Translations under genes and position numbers: made by a program | Source: Paraspadella gotoi | Lineage: Eukaryota > Animalia > Chaetognatha | Assembly (NCBI GenBank): GCA_051294375.1 | Contig: CM119264.1 | Coordinates: 5,873,621-5,937,620 of the forward strand | DNA: 64,000 nt | Direction: 5' to 3' | Shown: positions 49,710 to 59,865 of the stretch, piece by piece | How the letters are laid out: every line of letters begins with the position of its first letter | How positions within the stretch are numbered: position 1 is the first letter of the stretch | Notes under the pieces: model-generated | What the model was told of the DNA's origin: nothing | The model's input: the letters and a program-made list of their open reading frames with translations, nothing else | Database searches by the model: none

Positions 49710-50530
49710 TCAGGTGGACCAGCGGAAACGATAAACGGCCAGCTTTTCGCGGCCGGCCCTTCGCTCCAGGATTTTCTCGCCGGTCAGGGCAAAAGCTTCT
49801 AGCGCTGCTACAATTTCCTCCGGGTCGTTCTCTGGGACGGCGACGAGATAGAAGAGGCCAATGGGTTTGCTCAAAAGATTCGGAACGAGCGGAAGGAGGC
49901 GATCGGTGACAAGGCGGCCGCGTTCACCTCCGGCCCAACTTGCTGCGATCCCGCGGGCGCCAACTTCTTCCGGGGGCGTCGGGACGTAGGGAGGATTAAA
50001 GACGAGAACGTCCACCGAAGATTGTAACCTAAGGGGAGTGGTGGAAGATGGTCAACCAAATTATGTAAAATTAAAAAAATATGACTTGAACCCGTACCTC
50101 GTCAAAAAGGGACCAATCAAATCGGTGACGATCGGCTCGACTAAATCAGATCGATTTCTCGCAGCCGTCGCCCGCGTCGCCGCCGCCGCCCGTGAATTTA
50201 GGTCAGTCGCGAAACAAATTGGTTGAAACTGAAACGACGAAATCAGTTGAGACAAAAACGCGAGCGGAGCGCCGGAGCCGCTGTGGTTGGAGAATGGGGT
50301 GAATTTAACAAAATTAAAACTGGAGAAAATAAAAGAAATTGCCTTGCACGTAATTAAAACCATTTTTAAACAAACCTTCCGACTTCAAGGCATATTGAGG
50401 GCTGGGCAGATTTTAACAGTTCCACGTCCTTTTCCAAAGCGTCCATGAGCAAAAAGGTATCCTCGGCCGGCTCGTAAATATGGTTGTAATCTTCGGAAGT
50501 CAAATGCCTCAAATCCGGCGTCGGAAACAT
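49710..50530 (-). CDS. N6AMT1: Methyltransferase N6AMT1/HEMK2 (3 exons)
   Basis: PTPDLRHL...YEPAEDTFLLMDALEKD...ICLEVGSGSG, ATDLNSRAA, DVLVFNPPYVPTPPEEV, WAGGERGR. Confidence 0.95.
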
Positions 50531-50662
50531 GACACGTGACTTGATATTTGCGCGGACGACAGAAAAAATATCATTTTGCAAATGCAGCAGAATGTAGTAA
50601 ATTAAAATTTTTAAAATAAATTTGAAAGTAAAACTAAAAGGTGGGAAGGGAAAGGATGACTG

Positions 50663-50665
<3 letters not shown>

Positions 50666-50753
<88 letters not shown>
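50666..50753. repeat. (AG)n microsatellite
   Basis: Uninterrupted ag run of ~88 bp. Confidence 0.98.
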
Positions 50754-50756
<3 letters not shown>

Positions 50757-50852
50757 GACGCACGAGGTTTCAAGAAATTATATGGAGAAATATGATGCTA
50801 TGATAACGGAACAACAGGAAGAACGCTGAGAAGATCCGAGAAGCGAAATATT

Positions 50853-52757
50853 TCATCTGTCGGACCTGAGTTTTCCCCCCGATTCGGCAACGGCGAAGGC
50901 CAACGAGAGATTACTCTCCACGCGATCAAACCTTTCCATCTCCAGTCTCCGTTTCCGCGAACGCAGGTCGCCGAGACGAGCCTGAGCGGGCGCCGACTCC
51001 AGATCGGCGCGCATCCCGAAACGCGGCCGTCCTCCTTTGCCACCGATCCTATCGCGAAGGTCGCAATCGCCACCGCCACCGCCTCCGCTCGCGAACTTTT
51101 TTATCGCGGGTCTTGAGAATTCGTCGTCGTCGGTGAACCGATCGTCTCCATCTGAGTCGCGGGGACGAACCGCGCGCTGCCGGGCCTCGGACTTAGACCG
51201 CCGCGGCGCCGAGTTGATTTCCATTAGGGGCTGGATCTTAGCGGGAGCGGCGTCTTCGCGCTTCCGAGTGGGAGGCGCAGCGCGTTTCCCGAGTCGGGAA
51301 TGCAGAGATGCTCGAGGAAGATCGCCTCGCAAGCGGGATATAACGTCACGGCGGCTTAATGGTCTATCACGAGTGTGAATGTCGTCGTCCTGGTCGTATT
51401 CGATGCGCACGTCTCCATCAAAGGCGTCGCCATCATCTTCCGAGTCGAGATCGCGTCCGAATCGCTCGGCGAGACCCACGAATTCGCCCGCGCGAAGCGG
51501 ATGCGGCGGGCGTCGCAGCCGTTCTTCTTTCAAACGCTGACTTATGGACGGACGAGCAATGGGGCGACTCCCGTTGGTCGACGCCCCGCCGAGACCGGCG
51601 GCGCCGAAGGTTTTGTTGACGACGATCGCGGGCGATTCGCTCCGCTGGACGCGGCGCAACTTGGAGCGAGAATCTGGCGAGACGCGTTCGAAGGGAGTCT
51701 TGATGAGTTGGGATCGAGTCGCGAAGACGGGATAAGCGTTCCTCCTCCGTTTCTCCGCTTCAGAATCCGTGGATTCACTGGACGACGACGAAGAGTCACT
51801 GGAGGAAGAAGAAGAGCTGCTGCTGCTGTCCCGGCGGCGCCCACTTTTCTCCACAACCCGTTCCACAAAGCGAGATCCGTTTTCCGACGAAACCGTGGCC
51901 TCGCCCCTTTGTCGTCCATTGAGCTTCGATTTGGAATCGGGGGCAAGTCGTTTGTTAGTCGTTGCCTTAGTCATGGCCTTAGTCATGGACTTTTTGATTG
52001 GCGCAACTTCTTCCTCTTCCTCCTCTGAAGAATCCTCGTTGTCCATCGTGATGACGATCTTAGCAGGATCGACGTCGCCGAATTCTTCTCCGCCCTGACG
52101 ACGCTTCTCCGCGCGCAGCAAATCGGCAAAGTCGCGCCCCTTGCGGGGCTTGACACGTCCCTTCAGAGAGACGGCGCCCTTCTCGCCCTCTTCGGCTTCA
52201 ACGTCGGCATACATTCGCATTTTCGTCTTTTGTCTTCGGTTGAAAAGTTCCGCTCTATCTTCTTCCTCTTCACTCCAGACGCCCGATTTTGAATCCTGGA
52301 CGCCGTTGCCGCCACCTGATTCGATGGAGAGTTCCTCGGCTCGACGAAGCTCCTCCTCCAACTCCTCATCCACTTGCGTCTTTTCTCGTGGTGCGGCGCC
52401 CGTCTCGTCATCCTCATCCACTTCCATCGAGCCGAGCTCCGGGCCGCCGGCGAGCTCTTCGGCCCGGCGCAGTTCCTCGCGAAGTTCCTGGTCGACGTCA
52501 AAGCGGCCACTCTTTACATCGTCGTCGTCGTCGTCTTCTTCGTAGTCCGGGGCGACGTCGTCGTCGACAACGACTCGTCTTTTGTTTCGGTCGACTGCTA
52601 TCTCTCCATCCAAGTCCCGCTCTACTTCGCCAACTTCGTCGTCAGTATCGCCTCCCGCACGGGCGTCGCCGAAGATGTCGCCGATCTCGTCGTAGTCGAG
52701 GATCTTGCGATGCTCCACTGCCTTGGTGCCATCCTCCACGACTTTCCTCAGTGGCAT
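50853..52757 (-). CDS. 634-aa single-exon acidic/Arg-rich protein resembling the C-terminal half of NCBP3
   Basis: Long ORF with exon-like GC content. KMRMYAD resembles NCBP3 KMTMYAD, followed by LHSRLG/DLRDRIG/DLRSR repeats and a C-terminal SNLSLAFAV (cf. SNLPSLQIEV). No RRM is visible. The ORF is well supported, but the identity is tentative. Confidence 0.5.
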   Translation of the reverse strand: MPLRKVVEDGTKAVEHRKILDYDEIGDIFGDARAGGDTDDEVGEVERDLDGEIAVDRNKRRVVVDDDVAPDYEEDDDDDDVKSGRFDVDQELREELRRAEELAGGPELGSMEVDEDDETGAAPREKTQVDEELEEELRRAEELSIESGGGNGVQDSKSGVWSEEEEDRAELFNRRQKTKMRMYADVEAEEGEKGAVSLKGRVKPRKGRDFADLLRAEKRRQGGEEFGDVDPAKIVITMDNEDSSEEEEEEVAPIKKSMTKAMTKATTNKRLAPDSKSKLNGRQRGEATVSSENGSRFVERVVEKSGRRRDSSSSSSSSSSDSSSSSSESTDSEAEKRRRNAYPVFATRSQLIKTPFERVSPDSRSKLRRVQRSESPAIVVNKTFGAAGLGGASTNGSRPIARPSISQRLKEERLRRPPHPLRAGEFVGLAERFGRDLDSEDDGDAFDGDVRIEYDQDDDIHTRDRPLSRRDVISRLRGDLPRASLHSRLGKRAAPPTRKREDAAPAKIQPLMEINSAPRRSKSEARQRAVRPRDSDGDDRFTDDDEFSRPAIKKFASGGGGGGDCDLRDRIGGKGGRPRFGMRADLESAPAQARLGDLRSRKRRLEMERFDRVESNLSLAFAVAESGGKLRSDR

Positions 52758-52985
52758 TTTATTAGTTGTTTGTGAATGTAATGCGATGTTTAAAAACTAA
52801 AACAAATAAATAATAACGAGCGAGTTTTTAAATTCCATCGGGCTAAAATCACACAGAAAAAGATGAACGAAAACTTTTAACACGTTAACGGAAATTTCTG
52901 GCATTATCAAACATGGCGAGCCCTCAAACTTCCCGTTAACATCTAGTGCACATTCAAGATATTGTCCACTAGGCAAAAGCTTGCG

Positions 52986-53762
52986 TCACGTCGTCAATTT
53001 GTCGTAATGTTCGGTGAGCATCTTGGCCAGCGCGTCGATCTCTCCCCGCTTATCATCGAGCGTCTGTTTCCGTTTTGTCGACGACGACATGCCCGCCATG
53101 TTGACGGCGTGAAACTCTTCGAACCCGACCATGGCGAAGATTAGTTTAAGGTAAGGCGCGAGAAAATCTCGATCCGGGCTGGCCGCACCACCGGCCGACG
53201 TAAAAAGGATGAGCGGTCGGCCGGGCCGGACAGGTCTTGGCGGCTCTCCCCGCTTCTCCTTGAAATTAATACCAGGCTGGATAACGATATCAATGTACTG
53301 CTTGAGTATGTAGGGAATGCTGAAGTTCCACATGGGCGTAGAGACGATGAGCACATCGACCAGGTTTATCTCTTTCGCCATAGCGAGCACTGGCTCGAAC
53401 TTTTCCAGGTCCTCGGCGGTGCCCTTACCGCGAAGGATACGGAGCTTAGAGTCGGCGTATCCCGAGTCGTAGTGGTAGAGTTCCTGCCAGAGGTCGAGGG
53501 CTTTGACCCGGTGAGGAATCGTCAGTTGATCGAGCAGGTTACACGCGGCGACGGAGACGATAGAGTTAGGATTGTGGCCGACATCGAGATGAAGAATGTT
53601 GATGTATTTGTTGTTGTTTTTGTTATTGTCCTCCCCCTCGAACTGGTGCCAGAATTCGCCGGCAAAAATATTTTCGTTTCGGTAGAGACGGAGGAAAACG
53701 GGGAAGACGGGCAAGAATCTCGCTTGGTTCGACCAGCGACCGGAGATTCTCGCCAAAGGCAT
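52986..53762 (-). CDS. FMN-dependent NADH-azoreductase/quinone reductase (AzoR/AcpD flavodoxin-like fold), intronless, with N-terminal extension
   Basis: INILHLD...S+S, LDLW, DVLIVSTPMWNFSIPYILKQYIDIVIQPGINF, FTSAGG and DFLAPYLKLIFAMVGF match AzoR motifs (APMWNFSIP..LK.YID; TSRGG; DF..PYL..IFGF+G). Probable ATG at 53762, giving 258 aa. Confidence 0.9.
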   Translation of the reverse strand: MPLARISGRWSNQARFLPVFPVFLRLYRNENIFAGEFWHQFEGEDNNKNNNKYINILHLDVGHNPNSIVSVAACNLLDQLTIPHRVKALDLWQELYHYDSGYADSKLRILRGKGTAEDLEKFEPVLAMAKEINLVDVLIVSTPMWNFSIPYILKQYIDIVIQPGINFKEKRGEPPRPVRPGRPLILFTSAGGAASPDRDFLAPYLKLIFAMVGFEEFHAVNMAGMSSSTKRKQTLDDKRGEIDALAKMLTEHYDKLTT

Positions 53763-53900
53763 GTTTGATTCACTCTCTCGTCTCTCGCTTTTAATCTGTA
53801 GGAGCAAAGTCAATAACAATGCAGTCGAAATCTATTATTTTGGGTTGACTAGAAATGGAATGCGAATATCGCGCCGGCAAGCGTCCCCGCGAACTTAGTT

Positions 53901-56233
53901 TCAGGCGGACGGGTTGGACGTGGATTTGACGACGAGTGGATTAGAAAGACGAAAGATTCCCGGCAACATGTTGCAAAACGTCTGATCGAAAAGAAATAAT
54001 TTCTTTTGTAAAAAATAAAAAATGTCGACAACGAAAAAAAATCCTAACCTGAAAAAGACTATCGTCGATTCCGGATGGAACTAAAAACTGAATTTCTCGA
54101 TTCCGCTGACCGGAAGAACCGGCACTGCCGATAGAACCGGAACCCGAAGTTCCTGTCGCGTTCCACGTCGCCATCTCCATCATGAAACCTTTGACGCACT
54201 GAATGAAGAAAAAGATGGAGAGGATGTCGCGGAAATAAAAATCAGGAACCCTAAACTACCTAATTTATTAACAGCATTTTTACCTTGAAGACCAGCTCGG
54301 CCCTCTTCACGCACCATGGTATCGTCATTTCTTCCCCCATCTCGTGAGTGAGGAGGAGGGGAACGCAAACCGTAGTGATGTCGTACTGAGAACAGAGTTT
54401 GAGTATGTTGCGAATGGAGAGGATCGAATAATGACGCGAGGTGAGGTTGCCGTCCCTGACCGAGTCGTCGACGGAGAGGTGGAAGACGGCGTGCACCTGC
54501 GCCAGATTCGAGTGGCGTGTCACGTAAAAATCGCCCGGCCGCAAGTGGGTCGTTTCTCGTTCCACCACTTCGGCCACGTTGAGGAATTGGGAAGGATCCG
54601 TTGGAGAGTTGAACTCCGGCGGAAGAGGATCTTGGATTGGCGGGGGACGTTCAATTGATTAGAATGAAATTGGCATAATGGACGAAAGGATGAAAACTGA
54701 CAAAGTAACATCCAAAAAAAGAATAGAAAGTATCAATCTAATTATCACATCAAAGAGATCATAATATCCTGGCTTTCTCACCTTCTCCCTTCTCACATCT
54801 TGAGAGGTTGACGGCATCGAGATCTTCCCGGATCCGCGCGAACTGCTTCTCTAAATCGTCAAAGTGGAAGTCGGTGCTCGAGTCGCAGGCGCGGGCAAAG
54901 CGGCGCTTCATACCCGAGTAGGTGTTGAGGCGAGAGTCGACGAGGAGAATCATTCCTGGGATCGAGGGGGAAAAGGATGAAAGAAGAAGGAAGGAAAGAA
55001 TCGAAGGCAAGGGATAAAGGAAAAGTAGAGAGGAAAAAGCAGAGCTCACTTGACATTCTAATATTGAAAAAATTGATATTATTCCACATCTTTCTGTTAC
55101 CACTTAATCTCTAAAATCCGTCCTTGGCTTAAAACCCCTTGAGGGGGTTCATAGAAGTTAACGAACACAAACTCTGAGTCTGAAGATAGATTTCTGCCTT
55201 CCGTATGTCACTGTCCGTTTGTTTCAGCCAGACAACTCCATTTTCGATCTTCCGAGCCGAGGTCGAGCTAACCGGTGAGAGAGTTGGCATAAAGGCCCAT
55301 AGCCGTTTGGAGTCGCTGCGGTGATGGCAACAAATGACCATCGACTTTCATGGGGCGATGAATGCAGAGATGATCGATGACATCGCAGCACAGTAGGCGA
55401 AGGTTAAAACTCGTTTTCATTTGAGTCCCTGAAAAAAGAAAAAAAAGAAAAAGAAAAAAAAAGGAAAAAAAAATAAGGAGCAGTAATTTTTAATGTTCAG
55501 CGTTTGATGTCCGTTTCTTGTGTTTACCCAAATGTATTGTGAAGCTCTCTTCCATGATCGATCGCAAGGCCCTCGTATCGGCTTCCACCTCCGGCGACTC
55601 TTTCGATTTGTTTTTGCGAAGACCGACTAAATGGGGAGCCGAGGTCGTTGCGGCGGCGGGGGGAGTCGCCTGTTCGTAATATTATTTCAAACTTAACAAA
55701 TTATGTATAATTCGATTAAATATAAATCCGCCACTCGACTCACAGTCGGCGAGGGAGTTTTGGAATCGAACAAACTTTGAATCTTCGTCAGATAAGAAGT
55801 TAAGTCGTCGCTGGTTTGAATTTCCTCGTGAACTTGCATTACCCACGACCTTGTGAATTAAAAGAAAGGAGAAAAGGATATGCCATATGGGCTCAAACGT
55901 AGAAGGAAGTTCTTAAGGAAATAAAAACAATAAGACAAAAAAATGGAAGGAAAGGATCGGCAAATATCATTAACGGGTTCCGGAATTTCCTTCACTATTC
56001 CTCCTCTGGGGAGGGGGGGGGGAGAAAAACCGGAGGTGACGTTTATCATGTTTATCTCGTTGACCTCGATAAAGTCGGGATTGACAAGAATTTGGGGGGG
56101 GGGAGTTAGGCGCGATACAACGATCCGAAAAGGCTTTCGCGGTCACGGGGTCAGAAAAAAAATCGGCAGGGGTTGGATTTGGCCGGGACTAACGTCCTTA
56201 ATCCGACGGACAACAGTGGGAAAACGTGTGTGC

Positions 56234-56316
<83 letters not shown>

Positions 56317-59300
56317 TCAATCGTTTATGTATGATGTATATGCAAAAAAGGAGAATTTTAAGGTTTTCAATAGAGTTTTCCTAAGTTTGTATGCGATTCC
56401 ATTCAACAGAGCCAAAACTGCGAAGTAAAAAAGAAATTTATTTTGCCATCGCCCACCAAAATCGCCGTCCCCATCGGCAATGGCCAATGGCCATTGTCCG
56501 CGATCACTTTGTCTCGAAGTCGTGGGTCCGTCGATCCTCGACGATAAATGACCCTGACTTCGGTCAACGCGACTGTGTCGATCGGCTGTCAACGGCTTAA
56601 AAATCGAGAGGCGAAGAGAGCGAGAGAAGGATTTTTCATTCTGAGTCTTGATGACTGCAAGCACAGCTATTTGTTTTTTTTTATTTCGCGTGGAACGTAA
56701 AATCGAAACTCAACAACAACACAAAATAAACACAAGACAAAATAAAAATTCGAAACTATGGTTTTTGCCGTGGTAATTCGCCTGTTGGCGTTGCTCGCAA
56801 TAATCACCGTCAATCCCTCGGACTGTTTTAAATTAAAAAACCTTTTTCAATTTGAGTCCGACGTCTGGGATTCGCCACGTCCACGTCGATCGGTTCGAGT
56901 CTCCGACGAGAAATTACTAGGGGTAAGATCGTGAAGAAATAGAAAAAAAAACCCAACTTGGTCATTTCTTCTATGAATTCCAAACAACACGAATTGCATA
57001 AATATATTTATATATCTTTTGTTTTTCATCATCATTTTAGAATGTAGTTGACCCGGGCAGCGACGATGACGAAGACGAAGCGGACGACGATATAAATGAC
57101 GAATTAAGCGAAGACGACGAAACGACGAGCGAAGAAGAATTTGAAGAAGAATTTAACGACGACGACGAAGAAGGAAAAGAGAAAAAAGTAGCTCAGGCCT
57201 TGGAAAGCCTCTTGAGAAGGTAAATCAATGTTCAACATCAAAATCAACGACTTTCATTTTAAATACAATAGATTATTGAACCTCGGCCCCATTTTCTCCT
57301 ATATTCCTTTTTTACTCCTTACAGGCGTCAACTGCTCTCGCCGACCGGATTTCGCCTGATGATCACACAGAATGGAACGGTGAGGGGCACGAGAAGAGAT
57401 TACGCTCTGCACGGCATTTTGGAACTGTTCCCCGAGGAAAGCCTCGACGATAACGTTACCGACGAAAAAATTAAGCGAGTTTTCGCCGAGGCGAGAGCCA
57501 ACGGTGAGTTTTCATCTGGTCAAAATTTTGTAGATGTTAAATCAATGTTTTAACCCATAAATATTTAACATTAATACCCTCACCTTTATCCCTAATTAAC
57601 AACTTAAATAAAGAGTCTTTATGCTTAGCAGGAAGCAGTACATTTTGTCGCTCGTCGTTTTAGATCTCCGTCGTTTCGACCTTCTCCCGTCTCACGCCAC
57701 CGTCCCCCCCACACGCGCCTTTATCAGAGGCGTCAAGAGCGACCTCTACATTTGTATGACGGACAAAGGCGAAGTGGCGGGCAAGGAGACGCTCGACACG
57801 AGTTGTATTTTCGACGTCGATACGCAGCCCGATAAAACCATCACTCTCTCGAGAAGAATGCCCAAAGGAGGTAAGGGTTGTTAAAAAAATTACTGGCGAT
57901 AAAAAACGTTCTCATTAGAATCAATTAAAACAAGATTGGATCCGAAAATCTTTTTCCCCAGACGGCCGCCCTCGCCGCGATGTGACTGACTTTCGCAACA
58001 TCCAAACCTATTACTTGGCTGTGTTCACACACCATCCCTATAAAGGATTCGTACGCGGCTTGGACGCCGTCACATTGCTACAAACCGACCCCCATTCCCT
58101 CTCCCGCATCGCAAAGCAAGTCTCCTTTCTCGAGCGGCCCGTCGACCCGGAAAAAGTCCCCAAACTTTATAGCTACGAAGAAGCCGGTCTTCTCGTGCTG
58201 GACACCGTTGATTAAACGGTCGGGATCCGCAAACGTAACATTCGTTTTTAGCATGCCTCTATCTACGTTTCTAGATTACACATGTCTGATTATCTGTTGA
58301 GTCGTTAAGATATATCACTATTATCATCCGCTTTTTAATTTTGCATTAAACCATTTTAACGGCAAACAGCTCTCGTTTTTTTCTTATCCTTAACCGCTCC
58401 ACGCTTCCTCGACTCGAATCCCACCTGTACTCCCTCCTCTGCGCCTCACGAAAAGCGCAGATCTCCGAGGCCCACTTGGACTCGGCGACCTGCACGGCCT
58501 CGAAGTGTCGGGCGGCGACGTCGTTGATGGCCTTGTCGTCGTGGGTGGAGCCGAGTCCCTTCACCGCCGTCGCCATCTCCTCCTCCTGTTTGGCCTCGAG
58601 GATTTCTAGATCGTCGTCGCGCCGGCGGACGAGGTCCTCCATTGCCAGAGCGTAGCTAGAATTGGGGAGGGCGATGGAGAAGAGACTTAGTCGTCAGGGA
58701 ACATTTGTGATAATCCACAAATTAATCTGCTACAAGAAGACGTTTACATCGGCAAAATGCAAATGAATTTGAAGTTGCGGTCGTACCGATGCTCAATATG
58801 TAGCAGTGTTTCCATCGCAGGAGAGTGGATGAGGGAGTGATAAACTTCAGAGAATAGCAGCGTGTCCGAAGCCTCCTCCGGTTTGGCGAATTGACGCCAC
58901 TCGCGCGAGTAGGCTTTGGCCCACGACTCGGCGAGCTCGATGACGTCTAAAGTGGGAACAACGATCTCAAGATGAACTCTCCTTGGACGCCCGAAATCAC
59001 GTTTGTAGCCGTTCTTCTCTAACCTTTTGACGTCTTGCCATCCTTCATGGATCGTATGGAGGCTTCGGCCGCCTCGTCCTTGATTCGGTTGGACTCGTCG
59101 GTGACAAAGTCCTTCAACGTCGCCTTCAGGTCTGCCTCAACGAAGCAAGGGAGCCCGTGGGCAGCGACGAGGCGTTCTGCCAGCTCATCTACGTGCAAAG
59201 CGGAGGAGGGAAGCGCGATTGGGACGCGGAGGGTGTGTCTGGAATTTCAGACGAATGCGGTGTGCAAAAATAAATTCAATTAAGTTTTTATAAAGTAATA

Positions 59301-59391
59301 TATTACTTTTTTCTCACCTGAGATTCGGCTTTCCCGTCTTAAAAGAAAAGACAAACTCTTTCAACTTCTTTGTGGGAGAAGTCGCGACCAT
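53901..59391 (-). CDS. C12orf4: C12orf4/FERRY3 homologue (DUF2362), multi-exon
   Basis: [56 protein letters not shown]|[84 protein letters not shown]. Confidence 0.93.
56237..56313. repeat. (AG)n microsatellite
   Basis: Uninterrupted ag run of ~76 bp, upstream of the nested FGF gene. Confidence 0.98.
56758..58215 (+). CDS. Fibroblast growth factor, FGF9/16/20-like, 5 exons, nested antisense in a C12orf4 intron
   Basis: Exons 56758-56922, 57041-57219, 57325-~57503, 57664-57870, 57962-58215 with compatible phases. [56 protein letters not shown]...CIF, YYLA and [15 protein letters not shown] align to FGF9 (ILRRRQLYCRTGFHL...GTRKDHSRFGILEF; IRGVDSGLYLGMNEKGEL; FLPRPVDPDKVPELY). Confidence 0.9.
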
Positions 59392-59865
59392 TTTTGATAG
59401 ATATGATATTTGTTTAGACTCGAATCACAAGGAAGTTCAGAGTCAAGTGGAATAAAAGAACAAGATTGTTGAATGTTGATGTCCCTGTTACTACCACGTA
59501 GCCTTTTTTTGTTTCGACATTTGGAAATGTCTCGTATTTTTTCTATTTTTTTCTGAGCGATTTAATGAAATAATTTTTACAATTAACAATATATTTAACA
59601 AGAAGCTTCTCGCTAACATACGTATTTAAATTTTTTTCATTACACCCCTCCGCGAAATAATCATTAACCATCCGTAACTTAATACGATTTCGAACAGCGA
59701 GTGAGTGAGTAGTGACAACAAAAATAAAAACGAAAAAAAACTATAATCGTTCTCCTACATCGCTTTTTTTGTCGGTTCATCTTTAAAATTTAAATTAAAA
59801 AATTTAATACATATTTTAAAGAATAGACCTTAACAATTCGAATTAAAATAAATGTAAAAATAGTG

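Noticed and set aside
50366-50829. ORFs with SLSLSL/RERERE runs (also 55943-56428)
   Set aside because: These are translations of (AG)n microsatellites.
39597-52775. Long plus-strand and alternative-frame ORFs over ZMYND8, BOD1L and the 634-aa ORF
   Set aside because: These are shadow ORFs of GC-rich, low-complexity coding sequence.
52986-53762. Bacterial contamination as the source of the azoreductase
   Set aside because: It is contiguous with intron-containing animal genes, has similar composition and its own splice acceptor, and there is no gap nearby.
53763-53819. ORF-track start of the azoreductase at 53819
   Set aside because: It is a TTG start upstream of the splice acceptor at 53796. 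ATG 53762 is the plausible eukaryotic start.
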